In this document: one piece after another, positions 17,992 through 25,472 of the stretch
Position numbering within the stretch: position 1 is the stretch's first letter
How the letters are laid out: every line of letters starts with the position of its first letter
DNA from: a virus
Taxonomy: Duplodnaviria > Caudoviricetes
Strand: one strand, 5' to 3'
Length of the DNA stretch: 64,000 bases
IMG/VR virus record: IMGVR_UViG_2706796244_000001
Span: 1-64,000 of that record
Translations under genes and position numbers: made by a program
Notes under the pieces: model-generated
The model's database searches: none
Seen by the model: only the letters and a program-made list of their open reading frames with translations
Told to the model about the DNA's origin: nothing

Positions 17992-18504
17992 TTGATCATC
18001 AACCGCCAGTTCCTCCGTCGTCTGCGTCCCATCATCGGGATGCTGACCGGCAAGACACAGGCCCATGGCGTGAGCCACGGCCTCAGTGAGGCAGGCTACG
18101 ACATTCGCATCGCAGAGAACGTGCTGCATGTCCCCATGCTGGGGCTGCTGCCGTTCACCCTGCGGTGGGGTGGCGCCGGCCTGCCGTCGATCCGTATGGG
18201 TCGATTCATGCTCGCCAGTGCCATGGAAGAGTTCGACATGCATCCGTCCCTTGTGGGCGTAGTGCACGACAAGTCTTCCTGGGCCCGCCGCTGCATGACC
18301 GTCTGCAACACGGTGGCCGAGCCAGGCTGGAAAGGGTTCCTCACGCTGGAGCTCATCTTCCACTCCTGGCTCATCCCCGTGTTCGTCCGTCAGGGCTCGG
18401 GCATTGCCCAAGTCCTATTCCATGAAGTCGCCCAACCTGCGAAGTACGCAGGCAAGTACCAAGGGCAGGAAGCCGGCCCACAGGCCGCAAGGAAATCCAA
18501 ATGA
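17992..18504 (+). CDS. dcd: dCTP deaminase
   Basis: GLSEAGYDIR, HDKSSWARR, EPGWKGFLTLEL, IAQVLF motifs. Confidence 0.88.
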   Translation: MIINRQFLRRLRPIIGMLTGKTQAHGVSHGLSEAGYDIRIAENVLHVPMLGLLPFTLRWGGAGLPSIRMGRFMLASAMEEFDMHPSLVGVVHDKSSWARRCMTVCNTVAEPGWKGFLTLELIFHSWLIPVFVRQGSGIAQVLFHEVAQPAKYAGKYQGQEAGPQAARKSK

Positions 18505-18737
18505 ATGAAGCTCTGATCGTTCTGACCGCACTGCACTCCAGCGCTGTTGTTCTGCAATTCGACGTGGCCCGCATCGGTATGGTGTGCACTGCCAGTTCCG
18601 GCCTGAAGAAGGACGGCACCGTGATCGAATACATGGTGAACGGCGATCTGCGCGTGTACCATGTCCGCGAGACCGTGACCGAAATCACCAAGCGCATGCA
18701 GGTCGCAACGCAGCAAGCCATGAGCTTGCGCCGCTAA
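18501..18737 (+). CDS. Hypothetical protein (78 aa)
   Basis: ATGA coupling to dcd. Confidence 0.7.
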   Translation: MNEALIVLTALHSSAVVLQFDVARIGMVCTASSGLKKDGTVIEYMVNGDLRVYHVRETVTEITKRMQVATQQAMSLRR

Positions 18738-18770
18738 ACGCCACAGCTGGTGTTTGGTTTGTAGACCCTG

Positions 18771-18802
18771 AATGGGCCCCAATCCGGGGCCCATTTTTTA
18801 TT
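18771..18802 (+). terminator. Intrinsic terminator
   Basis: AATGGGCCCC-AATCC-GGGGCCCATT-TTTTA. Confidence 0.85.
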
Positions 18803-18825
18803 CATCCGTTTTCCGAGAGGAACCC

Positions 18826-19200
18826 ATGAGCCAATATTTCACCGTCAATGCCATCGTCAAGGTTCAGGCTTGGGATGGCAAAGCCCGCTTCAGCGACCGT
18901 GTGCTGTTCCATGAACGCATGGTTCGCACCTACGAATACCTGAGCATTGCCGCCAAGGCAGAGCTCGCTGGCCTTCTGCGTCAGCGCCTGTCCGAGACCC
19001 CGATCACTCCGGCCATCCAGCCGGATGAAGATGCCTACGTCTGCATCTTGGCTGCGGGCGAGACCTACTTCTGCCCCATCGACAAGAAACCCATAGTCCT
19101 TCTCCACTGGTTCAAGGCTGTGCGCCTGGGCGGCAAGACGGCTGCCCACGAGCTCAGCGTCCACTGGCGCGGCCAGGGCACATCGAGCGACGGGAGCTGA
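18826..19200 (+). CDS. Hypothetical protein (124 aa)
   Basis: SD GAGGA before ATG 18826. Confidence 0.7.
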   Translation: MSQYFTVNAIVKVQAWDGKARFSDRVLFHERMVRTYEYLSIAAKAELAGLLRQRLSETPITPAIQPDEDAYVCILAAGETYFCPIDKKPIVLLHWFKAVRLGGKTAAHELSVHWRGQGTSSDGS

Positions 19201-19202
19201 CC

Positions 19203-19625
19203 ATGGACCTGACGCACGACGACATTCTCAGCGCCACTATGAAGCTGGACACCAACCAGAAGGTGCAGGACTTCGCTGAACTGGAGAAGCGCTTGGTAGC
19301 TTTCATGATGGCCTCGAAGGCCAACGGCAAGGCCTACGACTTCGTGGTCTGGAAGTCCCCCACCGAGTGTGTGGGCTACAGCATTCAGAACGGCGAGATG
19401 CACGCAGTCACCATGTCTGAGCATGAGGTGAAGGGCAAGAATCACCGCCTACTCATCGTGGATGATCTGGTGCACGAGTCCATTGTCACCATGCAGCGTG
19501 GACAGTCCAAGAATCGCATGCTGACCGATTTGCTGGCCCAGGCCGCCATCGCCATGAGCTCCCAGATTGACCCTCCGAAGAAGGGCAAGACCCTTCCCTG
19601 GTTCCACGGAAAGCGGAGGTTCTGA
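19203..19625 (+). CDS. Hypothetical protein (140 aa)
   Basis: SD GGAG; tightly packed with neighbours. Confidence 0.7.
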   Translation: MDLTHDDILSATMKLDTNQKVQDFAELEKRLVAFMMASKANGKAYDFVVWKSPTECVGYSIQNGEMHAVTMSEHEVKGKNHRLLIVDDLVHESIVTMQRGQSKNRMLTDLLAQAAIAMSSQIDPPKKGKTLPWFHGKRRF

Positions 19626-19626
19626 C

Positions 19627-20136
19627 ATGCGCTGCTACGTCTGCCAACGCTCTGTGCGTGACTTGGTGGAGATCCCCACGGATATCCCCGGAGAGATCTG
19701 CGTGGAGGCCCGCTGCCACGGTGAGCGCCGCCAGTACCGTTTCGGCATCTCCTTCCTGCGTGAGATGGAAGCCAAGGGCCAGAAGCCTGACAACTTCGTG
19801 GCCTTCGGGCCTACCCGCCGCAAGGAAGATCCCCGGCCAAAGACTGAACCAGCGAAGGGGAATCCCGTCGATACCTTGCTGGACCTGTACCGCCCTGGGT
19901 GGCGCAATGGGCCCGGCGATACACCAAGTCGCCGCCTCCAGGCTGTCAAGGGTGCTCTGGCCGCCCAGCGTGTGATGCTCCAGTGTGCCTCTGCTGTGCA
20001 GATGCAGAACGGGGTGCTGCGCTCTGTGCTGGACCAGCTGAAAGCTGCCGGCCTGGAGAACGAGTACGCCCGCAAGGTGGCCGACCAGCTGCATGCGGAA
20101 TTTGCAACCGTCCCTAATGGAGAAATTACCGAATGA
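19627..20136 (+). CDS. Hypothetical protein with an N-terminal Cys motif (169 aa)
   Basis: SD GGAGG; CYVC...C..RCH. Confidence 0.7.
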   Translation: MRCYVCQRSVRDLVEIPTDIPGEICVEARCHGERRQYRFGISFLREMEAKGQKPDNFVAFGPTRRKEDPRPKTEPAKGNPVDTLLDLYRPGWRNGPGDTPSRRLQAVKGALAAQRVMLQCASAVQMQNGVLRSVLDQLKAAGLENEYARKVADQLHAEFATVPNGEITE

Positions 20137-20498
20137 GCTTCTTCGAGACCCTGGGCCGGGCCATTGCCTGGCTGTTCAAGTGGCTGATCATCGCGGCCAT
20201 CTGCGCAGCACTACCCACCTGCATGTACTTCACTGAGTTCAGCGAAGGTGCGCAGGAACGCAAGGCCCAAGAGGCTGAGCAGATTAAGCGCGACAAGCTG
20301 CCCCGCTACGTCAACGACAGCGGTGGCTGCGAGGTCTGGGCCTTCAAGCCCAACGACCGCTGGCTCTACTTCACGAAGTGCGGCTCCGCCCGCACCGAGA
20401 CGAAGAACACCTGGGAAGAATGCCGCCAGAGCGGCAAGACCCGGACTTGTACCAACCAAGAGATGGCGATAGCCTCTCATCCCAAGGAGAAACCGTGA
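20133..20498 (+). CDS. Membrane-anchored protein with a Cys-containing exported domain (121 aa)
   Basis: TM segment AIAWLFKWLIIAAICAALP; four C-terminal Cys. Confidence 0.7.
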   Translation: MSFFETLGRAIAWLFKWLIIAAICAALPTCMYFTEFSEGAQERKAQEAEQIKRDKLPRYVNDSGGCEVWAFKPNDRWLYFTKCGSARTETKNTWEECRQSGKTRTCTNQEMAIASHPKEKP

Positions 20499-20842
20499 GC
20501 GAACGCCCCACCTACTGCCCGGAATGCGCCATGCCGCAATTCGAGACCCCGAGTGGCATGACCTGTGCCAACGGCCACGGCGGCCTGCAAGGTGTCGAGG
20601 TCGAGAACGACAACCTGGTGGCGCTACTGAAGCGCCTGCACCCGGCACACATCCAGCATGCTGTGTCCTTGAACTGGTGCTGCTCCCCGCCGCCTGCTGA
20701 CGTGCACTCTGCCGTCATGACCTCGTTGCACGTCCTGGGCTACAAGGATCTGACCCGACAAGATGCCAAGGTATTGGCGTACTGGTGGCTGGGTCAGACA
20801 GCCTTGGGTCCGCTGATCCAGAACCAGAAGGAAGAAGGCTGA
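20495..20842 (+). CDS. Zn-finger protein (115 aa)
   Basis: SD AAGGAG, GTG start; CPEC...CANGH. Confidence 0.65.
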   Translation: MSERPTYCPECAMPQFETPSGMTCANGHGGLQGVEVENDNLVALLKRLHPAHIQHAVSLNWCCSPPPADVHSAVMTSLHVLGYKDLTRQDAKVLAYWWLGQTALGPLIQNQKEEG

Positions 20843-21063
20843 TGCAGAAGGCAGGCACCCGGTGCCGTCACGATGGCGCCAAGCTGCGGGTCATTGCTAC
20901 CGAAACTGGTGATGGCCTGCCGATCATGGTCTACCGCATACGAGAATGTCCCGTATGCAAGGACCGCACCGTAACCGTGGAGATCCCCTACAGCGGGGAT
21001 TTCCCATACTCGAAAGTGAAGGCGCTGGCCGCCTCACGCAGAAAGGATGACGATGAGCAATAG
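20842..21063 (+). CDS. Zn-ribbon protein resembling the NrdR N-terminal ribbon (73 aa)
   Basis: CRHDGAKLRVIATE...RIRECPVCKDRTVTVE. Confidence 0.55.
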   Translation: MQKAGTRCRHDGAKLRVIATETGDGLPIMVYRIRECPVCKDRTVTVEIPYSGDFPYSKVKALAASRRKDDDEQ

Positions 21064-22000
21064 CGAAACCGCCCACAACAACATGAAGCCCTACATGGAT
21101 CTGCTCCACCAGATCTACTACCAGGGCGAGGGCAAGTCTGACCGCACTGGCACAGGCACCAAGTCCGTATTCGGTGCCCAGATGGAATTCGATCTGCGTG
21201 AGGGCTTCCCCCTGCTCCAGAAGAAGACCACCCCCTTCACCACGATCTTCACCGAGCTCTCGTGGATGATGCAGGGCCTGACCAATGTGAACTGGCTACA
21301 GCAAAAGGGCTGCCACATCTGGGACGAATGGGCTGGTCCTGATGGCGGCCTCGGCCCGATCTATGGTGCCCAGTGGCGCAGCATCCAAGGCCCCGATGGA
21401 AAGAACATCGACCAGCTGGCCAAGGCACAAGAGCTGCTGCTGAACGACCCGGACAGCCGCCGCATCATCGTGAATGCCTGGAACGTGGCCGAGCTCGACC
21501 AGATGGCCCTGACACCGTGCCATGCGATGTTCCAGTTCTGGACCCGCAAGCTGACGCTCACCGAGCGCATCAACCTGGCGCCGATCCCCGAATACCAGCG
21601 CAATGTCTGGTTCTCGGGCCTGGCCTCGGACACCCTCCATGAGAAGCTGGCGCTGCTGTCCGTGCCGGAGCGTGCCCTGAGCTGCAAACTCTATCAGCGC
21701 AGCGCTGACATGTTCCTGGGCGTGCCCTTCAACATCGCCAGCTACGCGCTGCTGACGCACCTCATGGCGGCCACGGTCGGCATGCAGGCCGAGAAGTTCA
21801 TCTGGTCTGGCGGTGACTGCCACCTGTACTCGAACCACATGGACCAGGCCAAGCAGCTGATGGACCGTCCAACGGTCATCGGCAACCCGCACCTGTTCGT
21901 CATCCGTGCACGCGAGTTCGTGGCCGACTACAAGCGCGAAGACTTCGAGCTCATAGGCTACAAGCCTGCGGGGGTGATCTCCGCTCCCGTTGCCGTGTAG
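21047..22000 (+). CDS. thyA: Thymidylate synthase (ThyA type)
   Basis: DRTGTGT, DSRR, ALTPCH, YQRSADMFLGVPFNIASY, GDCHLYSNH. Confidence 0.95.
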   Translation: MTMSNSETAHNNMKPYMDLLHQIYYQGEGKSDRTGTGTKSVFGAQMEFDLREGFPLLQKKTTPFTTIFTELSWMMQGLTNVNWLQQKGCHIWDEWAGPDGGLGPIYGAQWRSIQGPDGKNIDQLAKAQELLLNDPDSRRIIVNAWNVAELDQMALTPCHAMFQFWTRKLTLTERINLAPIPEYQRNVWFSGLASDTLHEKLALLSVPERALSCKLYQRSADMFLGVPFNIASYALLTHLMAATVGMQAEKFIWSGGDCHLYSNHMDQAKQLMDRPTVIGNPHLFVIRAREFVADYKREDFELIGYKPAGVISAPVAV

Positions 22001-22240
22001 CGTTTTTGTGGTTGTGGCCCGGTGAGCATCTGAGATGCATCGGGCACTAGGCTGACAACCACCGGCCAGCGTTTGCGAAAGCAGCGCTGGCCACCTTTCG
22101 ACAGAGCACTGTCGTGGGAATGCTGGAGCCAAACTCTAGACCTATCCTGTGGCTCGGGAGAAGTCCAAGGGGCCAGTTTCCCTACGAGAGTGCTCTTTAA
22201 AGAGGCAGTACACTAGAGTTTTCTTAGGAGAACTCTATGG
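22001..22240 (+). promoter_or_regulatory. Highly structured intergenic leader with several hairpins and a sequestered RBS
   Basis: Hairpins at 22017-22045, 22064-22092, 22099-22114, 22126-22155 and 22214-22237; the last covers SD AGGAG and the A of ATG 22237. Confidence 0.6.
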
Positions 22241-22551
22241 CTGCACAACGCTCTTCCCGAAAGGCATCCGACGAGGATTTGATCCGACTGAACTCCATGG
22301 GCCTGTCCCTGGGGACCATCGGGCGAATGCTCGGCGTACACCCAACAACCGTCACCATCCGGCTGCAAAACCTGGGCATCCGAGTGGCGGACACCCGGCG
22401 CACCTTCATGGAAGACGTGCTCGGGACTCTCCCTCCAGCGACATGTGATTGGGTGGCCGATCAACTCGGCCCTCACCACAGCATCGCTGATTTCATCCGC
22501 AATCTCCTGACCGAAGCCTATGTGCGACGGAACCAGAAAGGAAACCCGTGA
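22237..22551 (+). CDS. HTH DNA-binding protein of a type seen in N4-like phages (104 aa)
   Basis: GLSLGTIGRMLGVHPTTVTIRL helix-turn-helix. Confidence 0.75.
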   Translation: MAAQRSSRKASDEDLIRLNSMGLSLGTIGRMLGVHPTTVTIRLQNLGIRVADTRRTFMEDVLGTLPPATCDWVADQLGPHHSIADFIRNLLTEAYVRRNQKGNP

Positions 22552-22955
22552 AAGCTGTCCTTCTCGCCCTCGTGGCTGCACTGTCCCTGGGCGCCTGCAA
22601 AGACGATGCCACCGTGGCGTCGGCCAACCTGTCCAAGGCCGCCGACAACTTCGAGATCAATCGCCGCATCGTCTTCTTCAACGGCATCACCGACAGCTAC
22701 CTGCTGTCGATTGAAGGCCGCTGCTCCTTCGTGGTCGAGTCGGCCCAGAAGGTTGCTGTGACCTGCAAGCTGGGCCGCGATCAGTACAAGAAGCACACCC
22801 TCGGCCTGTCCGACAACGTGAGCTTCTTCAGCGAGCAGCTGGACTCAGCCGACGTGTCGGTCTACCACTACCGCGTCACCTTCAAGCCGCAGTCCATCAT
22901 CCGCGATATTGACTTTCGCGGCTCGACCACGGACCTCCCCCGCAACCAACCCTGA
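22548..22955 (+). CDS. Predicted lipoprotein (135 aa)
   Basis: Signal peptide II MKAVLLALVAALSLGA-C; NFEINRRIVFFNGIT motif of a widespread phage lipoprotein family. Confidence 0.75.
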   Translation: MKAVLLALVAALSLGACKDDATVASANLSKAADNFEINRRIVFFNGITDSYLLSIEGRCSFVVESAQKVAVTCKLGRDQYKKHTLGLSDNVSFFSEQLDSADVSVYHYRVTFKPQSIIRDIDFRGSTTDLPRNQP

Positions 22956-22973
22956 ACCAGAAGGAAACTCTCA

Positions 22974-23567
22974 ATGAGCGAAGCTCCCATCATCGGTGTC
23001 AACTACGCCGAATTCGTCAAGTCCCGTTTCAAGACAGGCATCGCCACTGCCGACGACATTGCCAACAAGGTGGTGCCTTCCCAGCTGGCTCGTCTGCATG
23101 CAGCCATGGGCCTGCTGGGCGAAACCATCGAAGCCTGGTGGAGCGACAGCCGCGAAAACCTCGAAGAGGAACTCGGCGACCTGGTGTTCTTCCACGAAGC
23201 CATGGGCCAGTGCTTGTGGCCGCAATTCCAGCCCGGCGTTGGCCTGGGCACGTTGATCACTCCACCACCTGGTGGTGCCGAAAGCATCGACGTGTGCTGG
23301 TGCAACATGGTCAAGCTGGCCAATGTGATGCACGATCTGTCCAAGAAGGAGACGATCTACGCCAAGGAATTGGACGCAGACCAGACAGGCACGTATGCCA
23401 GCGCCTACAACGCTTTCGCCGTGTACCTGGACCGTCAGATCGGCAACTTCGGCTTCACCCTCCAAGGCCTGCGTGACAGCAACATCGCCAAGCTGACCAA
23501 GCGCTACAAGACCGGCTACAGCAACAAAGCTGCCGCCGAACGTGCCGACAAGCCGGCTGGCGAATAA
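22974..23567 (+). CDS. MazG-like NTP pyrophosphohydrolase
   Basis: LHAAMGLLGETIE, EEELGDLVF, NIAKLTKRY. Confidence 0.8.
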   Translation: MSEAPIIGVNYAEFVKSRFKTGIATADDIANKVVPSQLARLHAAMGLLGETIEAWWSDSRENLEEELGDLVFFHEAMGQCLWPQFQPGVGLGTLITPPPGGAESIDVCWCNMVKLANVMHDLSKKETIYAKELDADQTGTYASAYNAFAVYLDRQIGNFGFTLQGLRDSNIAKLTKRYKTGYSNKAAAERADKPAGE

Positions 23568-23588
23568 TCCAACCTCCCTCATCAACCT

Positions 23589-23615
23589 GGCCCCACTTCG
23601 GTGGGGTTTCTTTTT
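23589..23615 (+). terminator. Intrinsic terminator (UUCG loop)
   Basis: GCCCCAC-TTCG-GTGGGGT-TTCTTTTT. Confidence 0.8.
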
Positions 23616-23622
23616 GCCTCAA

Positions 23623-24933
23623 ATGACTCAGCAAAAATTCCCCCCGAACGAGGGCCAAGCCAAGGCCATCGAAGATTTCTTCAAGTTCATGCTCGACCCC
23701 TACGCCAAGCGCCACATCCTGTCTGGCCCTGGCGGCGTCGGCAAGACCTTCACCATGGGCGAGATGATCGACACGGTGATCCCCCGCTACATGGAAATGT
23801 GTCAGCTGCTGGGCCTGCCCATCGAGTACGACAACGTGGTGATGACGGCCACCACCAACAAGGCGGTGGAAGCACTGTCCAAGGCCACTGGCCGCCCGGC
23901 CAAGACCATCCAGTCGTTCCTGTGCCTGCGGCCCAAGGAGAACTACCAGACCGGAGAGATGGACCTGATCCGCACTCCCGGCTGGATGGAGCATGACCGT
24001 CTGGTGATCTTCATTGATGAATGCTCCATGATCGACCGCAACCTGTTTGACGAGATCGAAGCGGCCACGGCCCGCTGCAAGGTGGTCTATGTCGGCGATC
24101 ATGTGCAGCTGCCGCCTGTCAAGGAAACGCTGTCCAAGATCTACAGCCAGAAGTACGGCATGAGCGAGCTCACGCAGCCCATGCGGACTGATGTGCCCGA
24201 GCTCCAGGCGTTGAACGAACAGTTCCGCCAGGTGGTGCTGACCGGCGTGCACACGGATATCAAGATCGTCCCTGGCATCATCGACTGGATGGGCGAGGAC
24301 GAGGCCATGGATGAGATCGACCGTGCCTTCACCAACGGCAACAGGGAAGACCGCATCCTCTGCTACAGCAACCCCCAGGTGATGGCCATCAACGACTACA
24401 TCCGCAGCCTGCGCCAGCTGCCTGCGGAGTTCGTGGTTGGCGAGACCCTGGTATCGAACTCGGCCTACCAGAACAGCAAGAAGAAGGACGCTCCCCGCAT
24501 CAGCATCGAAGACGAGCTCGTCGTGCTGGAGGCAGGCAGCATTGTCCAAAGCGAGCTGTACGAGGATGATATCGCCATCGAATTCCGGGACTATGTGATG
24601 GAGACGCCCTACGGTGAACGCATCAACGTGCCTCAGCCGGTGGACCGCGACTACTTCAACCAGTGCCTGGCCTACTACAAGGGCAAGAAGAACTGGCGGG
24701 TTTTCTACAAGCTGAAGGAGACCTACCCGGATCTGCGCCAGCGTGATGCAGCCACGGTCCACAAGTCGCAGGGTTCCTCGTACACCACATCCTATGTGGA
24801 CCTGGGCAACATCTCGACCTGCCATCTCCCCGGCATGGCCGCTCGCCTGATGTACGTGGCATTCAGCCGTGCCCGCAAACGTGTCGTCCTGTTCGGCGAC
24901 CTGCACCCGAAATTCGGAAAGCTCATCTTCTAA
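23623..24933 (+). CDS. SF1 (Dda/RecD-like) DNA helicase (N4 gp37-like)
   Basis: GPGGVGKT, IFIDECSMI, GDHVQLPPV, TVHKSQGS, YVAFSRAR. Confidence 0.92.
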   Translation: MTQQKFPPNEGQAKAIEDFFKFMLDPYAKRHILSGPGGVGKTFTMGEMIDTVIPRYMEMCQLLGLPIEYDNVVMTATTNKAVEALSKATGRPAKTIQSFLCLRPKENYQTGEMDLIRTPGWMEHDRLVIFIDECSMIDRNLFDEIEAATARCKVVYVGDHVQLPPVKETLSKIYSQKYGMSELTQPMRTDVPELQALNEQFRQVVLTGVHTDIKIVPGIIDWMGEDEAMDEIDRAFTNGNREDRILCYSNPQVMAINDYIRSLRQLPAEFVVGETLVSNSAYQNSKKKDAPRISIEDELVVLEAGSIVQSELYEDDIAIEFRDYVMETPYGERINVPQPVDRDYFNQCLAYYKGKKNWRVFYKLKETYPDLRQRDAATVHKSQGSSYTTSYVDLGNISTCHLPGMAARLMYVAFSRARKRVVLFGDLHPKFGKLIF

Positions 24934-24942
24934 GGAGGCCCT

Positions 24943-25461
24943 ATGTCTGATCCCACTCGCCGAATCGACGGAGGCGAACTGGTCATCACCATCGTGTCGA
25001 AGCTCTTTGAACCAGAGGAAAGACGGATGCTGGACGAGATCACCCAGCTCGTGCAGCAGAACAACGAAGTGCGTGGAGCGGCTGATGGCTGCTTCATGTA
25101 CGCCGGGAAGTATTTCATGGCCCGGGGCCAGTCCCAACTTCCCCCTTCTGGTTCAAGGCCTGCCCTGGATTACTCGTTGCTGCCGCGCATGCGCAAGCAT
25201 GTGGCTGACCGCAACGAGCTCACCCAGGACCGCAATCAGATCCAGCAGATGCTCTTCAAGATCACCAAGCCCTGCAAGACGGCTCAGGACTTTGTGGATG
25301 CGTTGCCTGATACCCTTCACCGTTTTATCGCGGAACTGAACGGCATACCGCGGACTCGTCCGCAATGCTGGCCGGTTCTGGATGATGAGCGCACCATGCG
25401 CCAATTCGCCAACATCGAGCCCAAGATTCGTCTGTACTCGGTGGCGGCATTGCTGTACTGA
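24943..25461 (+). CDS. Hypothetical protein between helicase and polymerase (N4 gp38 position)
   Basis: SD AAGGAGG; synteny. Confidence 0.7.
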   Translation: MSDPTRRIDGGELVITIVSKLFEPEERRMLDEITQLVQQNNEVRGAADGCFMYAGKYFMARGQSQLPPSGSRPALDYSLLPRMRKHVADRNELTQDRNQIQQMLFKITKPCKTAQDFVDALPDTLHRFIAELNGIPRTRPQCWPVLDDERTMRQFANIEPKIRLYSVAALLY

Positions 25462-25472
25462 AGGAGGACTGC

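Noticed and set aside
21047-22000. ThyA as a possible base-modifying hydroxymethylase
   Set aside because: It keeps Asn in GVPFNIASY (dUMP-specific), and no glycosyltransferase or modification genes are recognised in the window.
22001-22236. Possible tRNA or known ribozyme in the structured intergenic region
   Set aside because: No T-loop GTTC motif or cloverleaf spacing and no hammerhead CTGATGA/GAAA core; kept only as an unclassified structured element.
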